A stretch of 64,000 nucleotides of DNA, taken from an uncultured Methanosarcinales archaeon (lineage in GTDB: Archaea > Nanobdellota > Nanobdellia > Woesearchaeales > GW2011-AR9). The stretch is from the NCBI GenBank assembly GCA_964632045.1, contig CAZWBB010000004.1, positions 18,615-82,614 of the forward strand. Direction: 5' to 3'. Under the pieces are notes generated by a model. It did no database searches. It was not told the DNA's origin and worked only from the letters and a program-made list of their open reading frames with translations. A program made the position numbers and the translations under genes. Within the stretch, counting starts at the first letter, position 1; every line of letters starts with the position of its first letter. This document shows, in pieces, positions 17,426 to 26,954 of this stretch.

Positions 17426-19072
17426 ATGGCTGAATCATTTGCCCATCTTGAGAATATCTGTAATGCCCTCTTCAACAAATTGGAGAAGGATAATATTCCT
17501 CATCGGTTAGATAGATCCCAATCTCAGACAATTGGCACTTTGTACCATGACTATCATGAGAATGCAATATTACAGCATAAATTTTCATCATTCTTTGATT
17601 TCCTCAATGAGCTGCTTGCCTGGTCATATGGATTGCAACTGAATGTTGAAGCTGCACTGAAAGGACGACCAACTTTTACAGAAGTTACACCGTTACCTGA
17701 TCAGTTCTCAGGGAAAGTCGACCTCTTTTGCTTGATCGATGTGACCTACCAAGAGTATGAGATTAAAAACAAGCAGTATAATTTCCAGAAGAAAAGAAAA
17801 GTATTGATTGATGGCAAGAAAAAGTTGCTTGTGGCCTCATTCAACGATAATTTCTGGGATAATATCTATAACGACTTTGACAGTTATGAAGGTGGAGATG
17901 GAAAAGATATCTGTATCTTCAACAGATCAAAGCATAGCATTGGTTCATACCTCCATTGTGCCGAGGCAAATGTTAATTACCTAGATATCAAGTGTGATGA
18001 GTTAGATCTGAATCCAATCTGCAGGGCTATACTTCTTCTGGGTTTTGGAGTTGGAGGGTATTCTAAGAAGCATGCTAACAGCAGGCCTAGCAGGTATGTG
18101 GTAGTTGATGGAGTATTGGGCAACTTTGTTGATTTGGAAGATTCTGCAAAGAGAGAAGTGTATAAGCTGATGTGGGATTCGATTAGATCCTTTTCGTTCA
18201 AGAGAAAGTTCAATGTTCTCCTGAATACTTTCCACTCCGTGAATCAACCTGAACCTGATGAGTTTGTTGAATTTGTAAAGAATGTAGAAAGGAAGAAAAT
18301 ATTTGAAGAGATGAGTGTACATGAGGAGAATGGCATCCAATACACACATGAGCTAGTATTCCTTGACAATTCTGACATTGTCCAACGTTGTTCAAATATG
18401 GACAAAGAGAGATTTTTCTATCATGGCGAGCAATATTCAGATACATTCCATGCTATCAACAAAAGTCTGCTTCCCAAAGCAGGACATCCTGGTTCATTTT
18501 TCAAATTGGGGGGCTATGTCAAATGCTTGGAATTTAAGAACGTAGAGAGTCCGGAGGCACACAAGAGAACGAGGATACAAGGATGTCTAATTCTGTCAAT
18601 CGCTTCTATATTGATGTTAGGTAAATGCTATTCTTGTCTTACGGGGACTGAAACATTGGGCGGAAGGAAAGTGAACAATTATTATACCTATATGGACACA
18701 GCTGGAGAAAAGCAGTTACCTCATCTACGGCAGGAAATAGAAGAGACCGCATGGCACGAATGTTCTGGTTATCTGTCAGGTGAGTTCCTTGTCTGTAAAG
18801 CAGAGCATAATTGCGCTTCTAGATATCAGGATGAATGCTTAAAAGGAACAATCGATGTAGAGATACCTTTGAGGTCAATCGTAAACGTTAGTTACGTTAC
18901 CAAAGGTTTTTTTGGCTACCCTTGTCTGCAGGTTTCAATTGACCATCTAAGAAATGGCAGGGTAGACAATCTGCCTCTGGCCCCCATAAAGTTGCGGACG
19001 GAGGAGGGAGCGAAGCATTTAATCAGGCTGATTTCAAGATACCCCGTCGATAAACAAAGAGATGGAGAGTAG
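17426..19072 (+). CDS. Hypothetical protein, a divergent fourth member of the expanded novel family (see findings)
   Basis: RYVVVDGVLGNFVDLEDSAKREVYKLMW...FNVLLNTFHSVNQPEPDEFVEF...GEQYSDTFH aligns with LLVEGVxGVV...YLYSCL...LxFNLxFNPxSQ...FVNxxG...RYSDTWW of the other three. A transmembrane segment follows (LILSIASILMLG). Confidence 0.5.
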   Translation: MAESFAHLENICNALFNKLEKDNIPHRLDRSQSQTIGTLYHDYHENAILQHKFSSFFDFLNELLAWSYGLQLNVEAALKGRPTFTEVTPLPDQFSGKVDLFCLIDVTYQEYEIKNKQYNFQKKRKVLIDGKKKLLVASFNDNFWDNIYNDFDSYEGGDGKDICIFNRSKHSIGSYLHCAEANVNYLDIKCDELDLNPICRAILLLGFGVGGYSKKHANSRPSRYVVVDGVLGNFVDLEDSAKREVYKLMWDSIRSFSFKRKFNVLLNTFHSVNQPEPDEFVEFVKNVERKKIFEEMSVHEENGIQYTHELVFLDNSDIVQRCSNMDKERFFYHGEQYSDTFHAINKSLLPKAGHPGSFFKLGGYVKCLEFKNVESPEAHKRTRIQGCLILSIASILMLGKCYSCLTGTETLGGRKVNNYYTYMDTAGEKQLPHLRQEIEETAWHECSGYLSGEFLVCKAEHNCASRYQDECLKGTIDVEIPLRSIVNVSYVTKGFFGYPCLQVSIDHLRNGRVDNLPLAPIKLRTEEGAKHLIRLISRYPVDKQRDGE

Positions 19073-19074
19073 GT

Positions 19075-20154
19075 TCACACCTTCTGCACGTACTTAAACT
19101 GATTGAAGATTATGATCGAGTCGTAACTGATGATGTTTTCAGAGAATTCAGTCCTGATCTCATCGATGATTCGATGAAAGTCAGCATTGTCTCTGGCAAA
19201 GACGCTTAAGTGATAGTCCCACCTGCCGATCATCTTAATGTACCACACAACGTTAGAATGATATTTAAGGAAAGTGAAAAATTTTTCTTTGTTGAGGTGT
19301 TTAAACTTAAAAAAAACCTTCCACCACTGATAACCCATTTGGCTTAGTGAGGCCAGAGGCATGAATCGCTTGATCACCCCGGATAAGATCATCTTCTTTA
19401 TCCGGTTATCAACGGCTACAGGAGCCAGGTTCACCTTCTCTGAGATGTGCCTGATACTTGCCGCTGCCTCGAGCTTAAGAAGTTCCAGTATCTCTTTGTC
19501 TTTTCTGTCCAATTTCACCTGACTGTGGTCCCCCTTAGAGGCTTCGAATTCTTTCTGAAAAGTAGAACCCTTACGTTCTGAGATGTTGAGTTGACTGCAT
19601 TCTTCTCCCCTGAGTATGAAATCCAATCCCAGGAAATCTTCCTCCAATATTTCGAGGATGTCATACCCATGGATCACATGGTGATAATCATCAATGATGT
19701 TATCCAACAACTGCACAAATTCTTCCTCTTGCCTGACGCTTGCCAGGATCTGGATATCGTAACTGCCAGAACAATTTTTCAATCGTGTTATCTGATCAAA
19801 ATCAAACAGGAAGTCGATCAATTTTTTCTCGTCTGAGAGCGTCTTCAGTTTAATGTATATCAGATAATTCCTCAACCCAAGCCGACGATGGTCTAGTAAA
19901 GTAAGATTGCCGTAGAGGAAATTGCTTTCCATCATCCTTTTGATACGATAGGCTACCGTTTCTCTTTTCAGTCGCAGCTTCTTGGCGATAGCTGTATTGC
20001 TGTAGCGGGCATTCTGGTGGAGAATGTACAGGATTTTTTTGTCTACAAGATCCAACTTGATTGCCTCTCTTACCTTTCCATCTGCATACCTGTTGTATTC
20101 CCTCACTTGTCCTATAAATTTGTTTTGAGACATATCTTTACACAAAGCAAACAC
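19075..20154 (-). CDS. Tandem-duplicated Lrp/AsnC-family transcriptional regulator (two HTH+RAM units). The likely true start is the ATG at 20133.
   Basis: DKKILYILHQNARYSNTAIAKKLRLKRETVAYRIKRM, then a second unit DRKDKEILELLKLEAAASIRHISEKVNLAPVAVDNRIKKM. MSQNKFIGQV aligns with the N-termini of the two paralogs. Confidence 0.65.
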   Translation of the reverse strand: MFALCKDMSQNKFIGQVREYNRYADGKVREAIKLDLVDKKILYILHQNARYSNTAIAKKLRLKRETVAYRIKRMMESNFLYGNLTLLDHRRLGLRNYLIYIKLKTLSDEKKLIDFLFDFDQITRLKNCSGSYDIQILASVRQEEEFVQLLDNIIDDYHHVIHGYDILEILEEDFLGLDFILRGEECSQLNISERKGSTFQKEFEASKGDHSQVKLDRKDKEILELLKLEAAASIRHISEKVNLAPVAVDNRIKKMILSGVIKRFMPLASLSQMGYQWWKVFFKFKHLNKEKFFTFLKYHSNVVWYIKMIGRWDYHLSVFARDNADFHRIIDEIRTEFSENIISYDSIIIFNQFKYVQKV

Positions 20155-20155
20155 A

Positions 20156-20166
20156 ATATAAATAAT
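20156..20166 (-). promoter_or_regulatory. TATA-like box (ATATAAATAAT) about 28 bp upstream of the ATG at 20133 on the minus strand
   Basis: Spacing consistent with a leaderless start at 20133. Confidence 0.3.
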
Positions 20167-20221
20167 TTATGGTTTCCGGTCAAAATATGGAGAGAATTCT
20201 ACCATTTTTCTATATGTCAAT

Positions 20222-21325
20222 TCATCTACAATCACTATGGTAAATACAATATCTATTTGCTTCTTCCGGCAGGTCAATATTTGGCTGGTCAGGATCCAAA
20301 AGGATTTTCTTACACTGGCTGATGTCGGAGGTGCAGCAATCAGGATCCTCGCTTCTGGGAAAGTAGATTTTCCTGATCTTCCTAGCGTACTCTGAAGTTG
20401 CAGCCTTTGTAAGATTACCTTCTACAAATATTCCATCTTCAATAACAATACCGAGCTTGGCCAGGAAGTAGCTGTCCGCCATGATCGCTCCATCATATTC
20501 GACCATGACTCTTGGATAATCAAAGTCAAAAGCTATGTATGGGCGCCTGTACTTCCAGGAATGACTAAACTCTTCCCTATCTATCTTCTCCAATCTTTCT
20601 GCAAGGAACCGGTAATCCATCCCTTCCCATAGAAAGTTGTTATTCTCTGCCTTCCCGTATGGGGCGGTCTCCTGCATGTAGGGAAAGATATTGTTCTTCC
20701 TGTAGAATCTAAAAATGTTCTCCAGTTCTGGAGCATTGATGGTATTCATCACTGTTCCGCATCCCAATCTGTCTTCATCAGCGAAACCCTTTTCGAGGAG
20801 CATAGCCAATCCCTTTGGGATATGACCTTCTTTCAATTCGATAAATTCATATGACGTTCTTGGATTGACGATCCGGTTGGAAGTGTCGGGGATCATACTC
20901 TCCATCTTACCGATGACAGAAATATCCATCTTATAGAATTCATCGACTAACTCCTGGCTTGGTGTTGGATGCAGGCTGGAAAGCAGCACCACATGAAGTC
21001 CGTTCTCATTGGCTGCTTCCGCCAGCTCAAGGAAGACTTTCCCTTTCTTTCTCAGCAAAGGTTCACCCATCCCTGGTACAAAGACAGTCTTCACTCCTAA
21101 TCCAGCTATTTCCTTTAGAAGAAGCTTGTACTCATCCAGATCCATCTCCTCTTTGATCTTCCTTTTCTCCTCATAGCAGCACATCAGACAGTCGTTAAGG
21201 CATTCTGGGTAAAGAAATACATCTGCTAACAGGATCTCATCGTTTTCCCGGGCATCCCTGGCCTGCTGCGGAGTAAAGAATCCTTTGAGTAGAGGCGGAT
21301 GATTTTGGGAGTTTGTTTTTCTCAT
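20222..21325 (-). CDS. Radical SAM enzyme with a C-terminal Cys-rich tail
   Basis: CLNDCLMC (Cx3Cx2C) near the N-terminus and GMGEPLL. C-terminal CCTSDISQC...C...C could be an auxiliary cluster. Confidence 0.6.
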   Translation of the reverse strand: MRKTNSQNHPPLLKGFFTPQQARDARENDEILLADVFLYPECLNDCLMCCYEEKRKIKEEMDLDEYKLLLKEIAGLGVKTVFVPGMGEPLLRKKGKVFLELAEAANENGLHVVLLSSLHPTPSQELVDEFYKMDISVIGKMESMIPDTSNRIVNPRTSYEFIELKEGHIPKGLAMLLEKGFADEDRLGCGTVMNTINAPELENIFRFYRKNNIFPYMQETAPYGKAENNNFLWEGMDYRFLAERLEKIDREEFSHSWKYRRPYIAFDFDYPRVMVEYDGAIMADSYFLAKLGIVIEDGIFVEGNLTKAATSEYARKIRKIYFPRSEDPDCCTSDISQCKKILLDPDQPNIDLPEEANRYCIYHSDCR

Positions 21326-22041
21326 TCTGTATAAGCTTCACCAAAATAGTCTAATTCAATTTCTAATCTGGGAGGTGAATCAGGTTCAGCTTTGGCTCTG
21401 GCCAGCAGATAGATGTGGGAGTCCGCTAATGATTTCAATTTTGTACAAAGGTCTTTAGAGGTTGATTTTTCAACAGAAATTTTGCGTTCATGTCCACCCA
21501 AAGAGCCGATCCCTTCAGCTTTATAATGCGGCAATATTGGGCCGGTCCTCATCTCTCCATGTGCACCGCGAGGAAAAACCCTTTCCAAAGTCTCCTCTAT
21601 TTTCACATCACTCACATAAGCCCCATTGATAAAAACCAGTCCTTCCTCCGGATTTTGAAGATCTTCGACAGGAGCGATTAATTCACCGAACCAACGGTCG
21701 GAGCGTCGATACCTGTTCATGGGTCTGTAGTTGTGGTAAAATGTCTTACCATCAGAGAAGGGCTTTGTAATCAGCTCGTCAAAAAATGAGATTATCTCTC
21801 CGTGGTTGGTGAAAGTGTAGATCAGGCCCATCAAACCAAATGTTCCACCTAACAACCTTGGCATCTGGTCGTCGCAGCCAAACAATCCATAACCGCACAC
21901 GCCAAAATATCCAGCTGCTCCGACACCATAGGCAAGCGGCCTTATCTTTTCCCAGGTAGTCTTGGGCGATATCCTTGGCTGGGAGTTGCAGAGCTGTTCC
22001 AACCCTTTTTTTGAAGATAGTAAGTTTGTTGGTATCATCAT
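21322..22041 (-). CDS. Hypothetical protein (239 aa); ATGA overlap with the radical SAM gene implies an operon
   Basis: ORF. Gly-rich GVGAAGYFGVCGYGLFGCDD segment. Confidence 0.45.
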   Translation of the reverse strand: MMIPTNLLSSKKGLEQLCNSQPRISPKTTWEKIRPLAYGVGAAGYFGVCGYGLFGCDDQMPRLLGGTFGLMGLIYTFTNHGEIISFFDELITKPFSDGKTFYHNYRPMNRYRRSDRWFGELIAPVEDLQNPEEGLVFINGAYVSDVKIEETLERVFPRGAHGEMRTGPILPHYKAEGIGSLGGHERKISVEKSTSKDLCTKLKSLADSHIYLLARAKAEPDSPPRLEIELDYFGEAYTE

Positions 22042-22183
22042 ATTCTGTGGGGGAATATATTATTTAAATTTTTCTTATTTTTTAGTAGTACCCAGATTTA
22101 GTGGTACTAGTTTACCTGCTTTTGATGTGATTGAATTAATATTAAATCTTCTCATGATTGTTTTACGGAAATGACGATCCGAT

Positions 22184-24442
22184 ATGAGAATCCTGCTTTT
22201 TTGGGCGAAAGAAATATATAGTTTTTGGTATCTCATTATTTGGGGGGATTGTTTAATGGAAGAGAAGGAGATGACAAGAAAAGCAATTGAAACACTCATT
22301 GAAACAAGCCAGCAGTATCCTGAAAAAGCTGAAGAGCAGTTGGGGGAGTTGGAATTACTTTTCCACAAAGAGGGTGAAGGAGCTGGGAGAGGGGCAGGCT
22401 ATGAACTGAGAAGACAATTTGCTGGCGGCCGCGACGGATTTGGATTTTTTCTTTATGAATTGTTGAAGAAATCCGGAATGCATTTTGATAAAGAAGAATG
22501 GAAATATCAAAGGATAGAGAAAGCACCCTACCTCAGTCCTCTTGACCTCCTACGGATTGGTGAAAATTACCAACCTCCCCCAATCAAATTTAAACCTAAG
22601 GAAATCAAAAGCAAGAAATTGAGTCTACATGCCAAATTTGAAGATAATCCGTTGAAAATCGTTTACGATTCCACTTTCAACAAAACCAAACCTAAACCGG
22701 TCTGCACAAAAAACCGGGACACTCACGCCTTGGCTTCCTATCAGGATGCAGCTGATCCTCTTACACATCATCTGTATATAACCATTGAGAAAAAAAGAAG
22801 TAAAAGAGCCGATGTTTCTCCTACAGTGCTAGAAGCGATGATAATGGAGTGCGAAAAAGATGGCAAAGAGACATTATTAGTGGAAGGGGTCCATGGAGTA
22901 GTGCAAGACAAATTGAGAGAGGAAACCTTTGCTTATCTTTACTCCTGCCTGATTCAGTATGCATGCAAGGAGAAAAAGAGTCTTCTCTTCAATCTCAGTT
23001 TCAACCCCGGCTCCCAGGAAATGCCGATGCATTTTGTTAATTATGTGGGTTGGAGGAATAAGAAAGAAGTTTTCTATGGTATGGAAAATCCACGAAAGAA
23101 AGAGCAGAAGCTGGAGGAGTATAAATGCCAGGTTACAGCAATCACACTGAAAGATCTTTCAAGGAAAGTCAGGAAAATGAGACGTAATCTGGAAGAAAAG
23201 TTAAGGACAGTTTTTGCAGATAGCAGGGAAGCACTTGATGATTTTGCAGCAGAGAGAAGGTATAATGACGCCTGGTGGGGCTCCTCCGGAAAAGAAGAGT
23301 GGAACATGAGAAAGGGGGAAGCTTACTGTCTACAATTAACTCTACAAGAGGTAAAGAAAGAATATTTGAAACCAAAAAAAGAACTGGGCAGAAAAATTGT
23401 GATTAAAGGAATTCCCGTGCCACTGGCGTTTCTTTTGTTATATCTGGTGCCAAAAATGGCATCTCAGTACTGGGAAAAATACGGCGAGCATGTCAAGGAA
23501 CTGCCTGGCCTTCTTTCCTGGGATTTTGCGGACAAAAGGCTGCCGGAGATTGTAACGGATTATGACCCTGAAAAGTTTCTGGAAGAGCTTGCAGATGCAG
23601 CATCTAGCCCTTCTTCTGATGCACGGAGTTTTGATCTCTCAAATCTGGAGAGGCATCCAACTGTTATCTTCAACAAATACTTACAGGCGACAGATATGGG
23701 AGAAGAAAAATTTGGCGTGTTGGATTATCTGGAATCAAAAAGAAGATTGTATGAATGGTATGGAAGAGACGTGCCTAAGCAGAGATTCATCCAATATTCC
23801 TCAGGCTTTGGTAGCAAAAAAGAAGAGCGATGGAAAGAAGTAGTTGATGTTTTTTGGTATGATGCTGGGGATAAGGCTGGAGTTGTGATGAAGCTCACCG
23901 AAGGATTCAATGCTTATGTAGTAGCCAGAGAAGGAGCGAAGAGATACGTTGATTTATTGTATACTCAAATGAAAAGAGAGAGGGAAGAAGGCAGATACAT
24001 TCTGTACCCGGGAAAGAAGATTGAAATCCTAAGACCAGATCCAAAGAGATACTTTGATGAATTTGTTTTCTGTGATGTTGGAAAGTGTAAAGAGGAAAAA
24101 GTCAAGTTAGCTGAAATGAATAATGTGTTAGGGAGATTGTTTGAAGAAAGTACAGGAAATGGAGGGATTGTGCCCGTACAGGTACATGGTGGTAATCTCC
24201 TTTGTAAAGGGAAAGAAATTTATCCCATGGAAAGTCTTTCCCCTCTTGTAAGAATTCAGTACTTCTCTGACTCATTGGTGTTGCCGGCAGGGGAAGCCAC
24301 ACTGGCCTTACCAGGAGCGGAATGCATAATCCCCTTTGAGGAAATCCACCAGGCTAAGCAGGTGGCCGATGTTTTATTCACACTGAAAGAGAAGTACACT
24401 GAAACAGGTGACAAAGGAGGATTCCTAAATGCATTTAGATAA
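22184..24442 (+). CDS. Novel family protein, paralog 1 (alternative start at 22256, MEEKEMTRK)
   Basis: Conserved N-domain with ELRRQFAGGRDGF, YQPPPIKFKP, PVCTKNRDTHALASYQDAADPLTH, LLVEGVHGVV, YLYSCL, FNLSFNPGSQ, RYNDAWWGSSGKEEWN. Then a transmembrane segment (PVPLAFLLLYLV) and a variable C-terminal half. Confidence 0.55.
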   Translation: MRILLFWAKEIYSFWYLIIWGDCLMEEKEMTRKAIETLIETSQQYPEKAEEQLGELELLFHKEGEGAGRGAGYELRRQFAGGRDGFGFFLYELLKKSGMHFDKEEWKYQRIEKAPYLSPLDLLRIGENYQPPPIKFKPKEIKSKKLSLHAKFEDNPLKIVYDSTFNKTKPKPVCTKNRDTHALASYQDAADPLTHHLYITIEKKRSKRADVSPTVLEAMIMECEKDGKETLLVEGVHGVVQDKLREETFAYLYSCLIQYACKEKKSLLFNLSFNPGSQEMPMHFVNYVGWRNKKEVFYGMENPRKKEQKLEEYKCQVTAITLKDLSRKVRKMRRNLEEKLRTVFADSREALDDFAAERRYNDAWWGSSGKEEWNMRKGEAYCLQLTLQEVKKEYLKPKKELGRKIVIKGIPVPLAFLLLYLVPKMASQYWEKYGEHVKELPGLLSWDFADKRLPEIVTDYDPEKFLEELADAASSPSSDARSFDLSNLERHPTVIFNKYLQATDMGEEKFGVLDYLESKRRLYEWYGRDVPKQRFIQYSSGFGSKKEERWKEVVDVFWYDAGDKAGVVMKLTEGFNAYVVAREGAKRYVDLLYTQMKREREEGRYILYPGKKIEILRPDPKRYFDEFVFCDVGKCKEEKVKLAEMNNVLGRLFEESTGNGGIVPVQVHGGNLLCKGKEIYPMESLSPLVRIQYFSDSLVLPAGEATLALPGAECIIPFEEIHQAKQVADVLFTLKEKYTETGDKGGFLNAFR

Positions 24443-26789
24443 AATACTATGTTCACTTGAAGGAATAACTTTTCAAACTCCCGAATCTCTCCAAGAGCAG
24501 ATAGAAGATTTTGAACTGCTCTTCCATCGTAAGAGTGAGCAGGCAGAAAGGTATGGAAGCATAAGCAAGGAATTAAGGAGGCAGTTTGGGGGTGGTAGCG
24601 ATGGGTTTCATTGTTTCATAGAGGAGCTGTTGAACAATTCCAAGTTTGAGAGTGATGGCAAATATCAACGCAGATCAGAGGCTGCATTGAATGCTTTTGA
24701 CCTACTTCGACTTGCGGAACATTATCAGCCACCAAAGATTCAATTCAGACCGAGGAGGATAGATGGGGAAACAATTTTCTACGCAAAGTTCGTAGAAGAT
24801 CCTCTTGAATTCATCTTCAATTCAGCTTTCAATAGGACAGAACCTAAGGCAGTCTGTACAAAGAACAAAGAACCGCATTCTCTTGCCTCTTACCTGGACG
24901 CTGCCGATCCTTTCACCCATTATCTGCAGGTGTCTGGAGAAAATGATTCCTCTTTTCTGGAAGCGATAATCTGTGAATGCGAGGGGAAAGAAACATTGCT
25001 TGTGGAGGGGGTCTATGGAGTAGTTGAGGAAGAGAAGAGAGAGAAGTCTTTTGAATATCTGTATTCCTGCCTGACAGCGTATGCCCATAAGCAGAAGAAA
25101 AGTATTTCATTCAATCTCCATTTCAATCCTGCTTCTCAGCACATACCCATGCAGTTTGTCAATTTTGTGGGTAGGGGAGAGGAATTCTACCTTTTTGAAG
25201 ATAGCAGAAAGAATCCAAAGAGGATGGACAAAAGTGTTGCCAGGCATAAGAAGAATATCTCAGCTCTTAAAGAGCCAATAAAGTTACTGGAAGTGATTGA
25301 GAGAAATTTCACTGATCCGAAGGAAGTGCTGGACATTTTCACCAATCAAAAAAGATATTCCGACACATGGTGGGAATCTTCCGGTAAAGATGAATGGAAC
25401 AACAGGGAGGGAGAAGCATACTGTATGGAGATTGGTTTCAAAGAACTGAAGAAGATGTACAGGGTGCCCTTGCCGAGAATTGAATGGGGCGTGGGCCTGA
25501 TCCTGTTAGCTGCACTTGTAGGTGTAGGAGAGAATTACTTTTCAGGTGATGATTCCATAGAGTGTGCTTCGGCGAACATGAAAGGTCTGACCTTACACTG
25601 CGTTGATGATGAAGGAGAGAGGCAGTTCTATCTGGATGAGTTGGATAATCTTCATAGAGATGGGGACGTGTTCAAGGCATCTGTGAAAGGAGTAAAATAT
25701 CAGATAACTCCCATAAATGAGGGAGAAGCGGGAGAGTTGCATTCTGCAGCAGGTTTTCGCAGATTGATAGATGAGAACTTACAGAGATTCTGGGATGCTG
25801 GTGGGAAATTACGTGACAAATTCTGCAGACAACCACCTCCAAGCCGGAAATTATCGATCCCTGAATTGTCGGAATATACGATGGGTTGCACCGAAAATTC
25901 GGCCGTTTCATTCAGGACCTTGGATCTTGGAATTATTCTGGAGGAGGAGGGACTGAAAGAAGAAGCGGATACCATTATGGGCATTATTGCCCAAAGAGCT
26001 TACTCTACAAAAAATGCAGATGAAGTGCTATCAGCAGCAGGTTTCTTCAAAGATGAAAATATCTATGGATTGTTGAAGATGAGCAAACAATCAGGACAGA
26101 ATACTAATGAACTGGTTGCTCTATTGGGTCAGCTTTCCGAATGGAAAAACAGCCAGCTTCGTGGAAAAGTAATTGCATTGGCGCACTATTATGTTGGTAG
26201 TGGACAATTCACGGGAGGAGTTGTTGACATGGAGCAAGGGATAATAGATCCCAATTTTGGTAGGGGGTACATTGTTCTTTCTGATTTGGTGAAAGCTTCT
26301 GAATTTCTGAAGCCAGTGGGACTTGCAAAATATATTGCTCTGGCCGAAAAGCTTGCAGATCACCCTTATGCTGCTCACATCTTTGAGGATCTGAACCAAA
26401 TCGGGAAAGATGGGACATCAACCAGATCAGAACCCAGAAACAAGATGGGAAGGAAGTTTTTTCTTCACCTAATAGAAACAGTAGACAAATATGCGGCTGT
26501 TGAGAAAGTGGGAGATAAATTCTCAGGTAGAATTGGAAAGATTGTCAGCGGCATGAGGCACATCTCTGATGATGTGATCGGACAAGGAAATAACTTCTAT
26601 AAAGTATTAGGTTATGCTATGCTGTTACAGGAAGAATGCGTGTTTCAACGTCTTACCAACCTTAAGACGGAGAAGGAAGTAAATGATTATGTTGTTAAAG
26701 CCATTGAAGCGGCAAAGGAAGATGATTCAATATTACGTTTAGGCGATGTAAGTTGGGTCTATGAAAAAGGATTGTGTGTCAGGGAATGA
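24429..26789 (+). CDS. Novel family protein, paralog 2; 14-nt overlap with paralog 1
   Basis: Same conserved N-domain (KAVCTKNKEPHSLASYLDAADPFTH; LLVEGVYGVV; RYSDTWWESSGKDEWN) and a transmembrane segment GVGLILLAALVGV. Confidence 0.55.
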   Translation: MHLDKILCSLEGITFQTPESLQEQIEDFELLFHRKSEQAERYGSISKELRRQFGGGSDGFHCFIEELLNNSKFESDGKYQRRSEAALNAFDLLRLAEHYQPPKIQFRPRRIDGETIFYAKFVEDPLEFIFNSAFNRTEPKAVCTKNKEPHSLASYLDAADPFTHYLQVSGENDSSFLEAIICECEGKETLLVEGVYGVVEEEKREKSFEYLYSCLTAYAHKQKKSISFNLHFNPASQHIPMQFVNFVGRGEEFYLFEDSRKNPKRMDKSVARHKKNISALKEPIKLLEVIERNFTDPKEVLDIFTNQKRYSDTWWESSGKDEWNNREGEAYCMEIGFKELKKMYRVPLPRIEWGVGLILLAALVGVGENYFSGDDSIECASANMKGLTLHCVDDEGERQFYLDELDNLHRDGDVFKASVKGVKYQITPINEGEAGELHSAAGFRRLIDENLQRFWDAGGKLRDKFCRQPPPSRKLSIPELSEYTMGCTENSAVSFRTLDLGIILEEEGLKEEADTIMGIIAQRAYSTKNADEVLSAAGFFKDENIYGLLKMSKQSGQNTNELVALLGQLSEWKNSQLRGKVIALAHYYVGSGQFTGGVVDMEQGIIDPNFGRGYIVLSDLVKASEFLKPVGLAKYIALAEKLADHPYAAHIFEDLNQIGKDGTSTRSEPRNKMGRKFFLHLIETVDKYAAVEKVGDKFSGRIGKIVSGMRHISDDVIGQGNNFYKVLGYAMLLQEECVFQRLTNLKTEKEVNDYVVKAIEAAKEDDSILRLGDVSWVYEKGLCVRE

Positions 26790-26954
26790 AAAGGAAAATT
26801 GATTGCACTCCAGATGTCCGTGACAGATTTTTAGAATGTAAATATGGCAACGAACTTGGAGGATCAGTGAAATTAGGCAGGACAATATTTCTCAAAAAAG
26901 TTCCAGATAATATGCTCCCTTAGATTTTGGCCATTACTAACTGGAACATTCATA

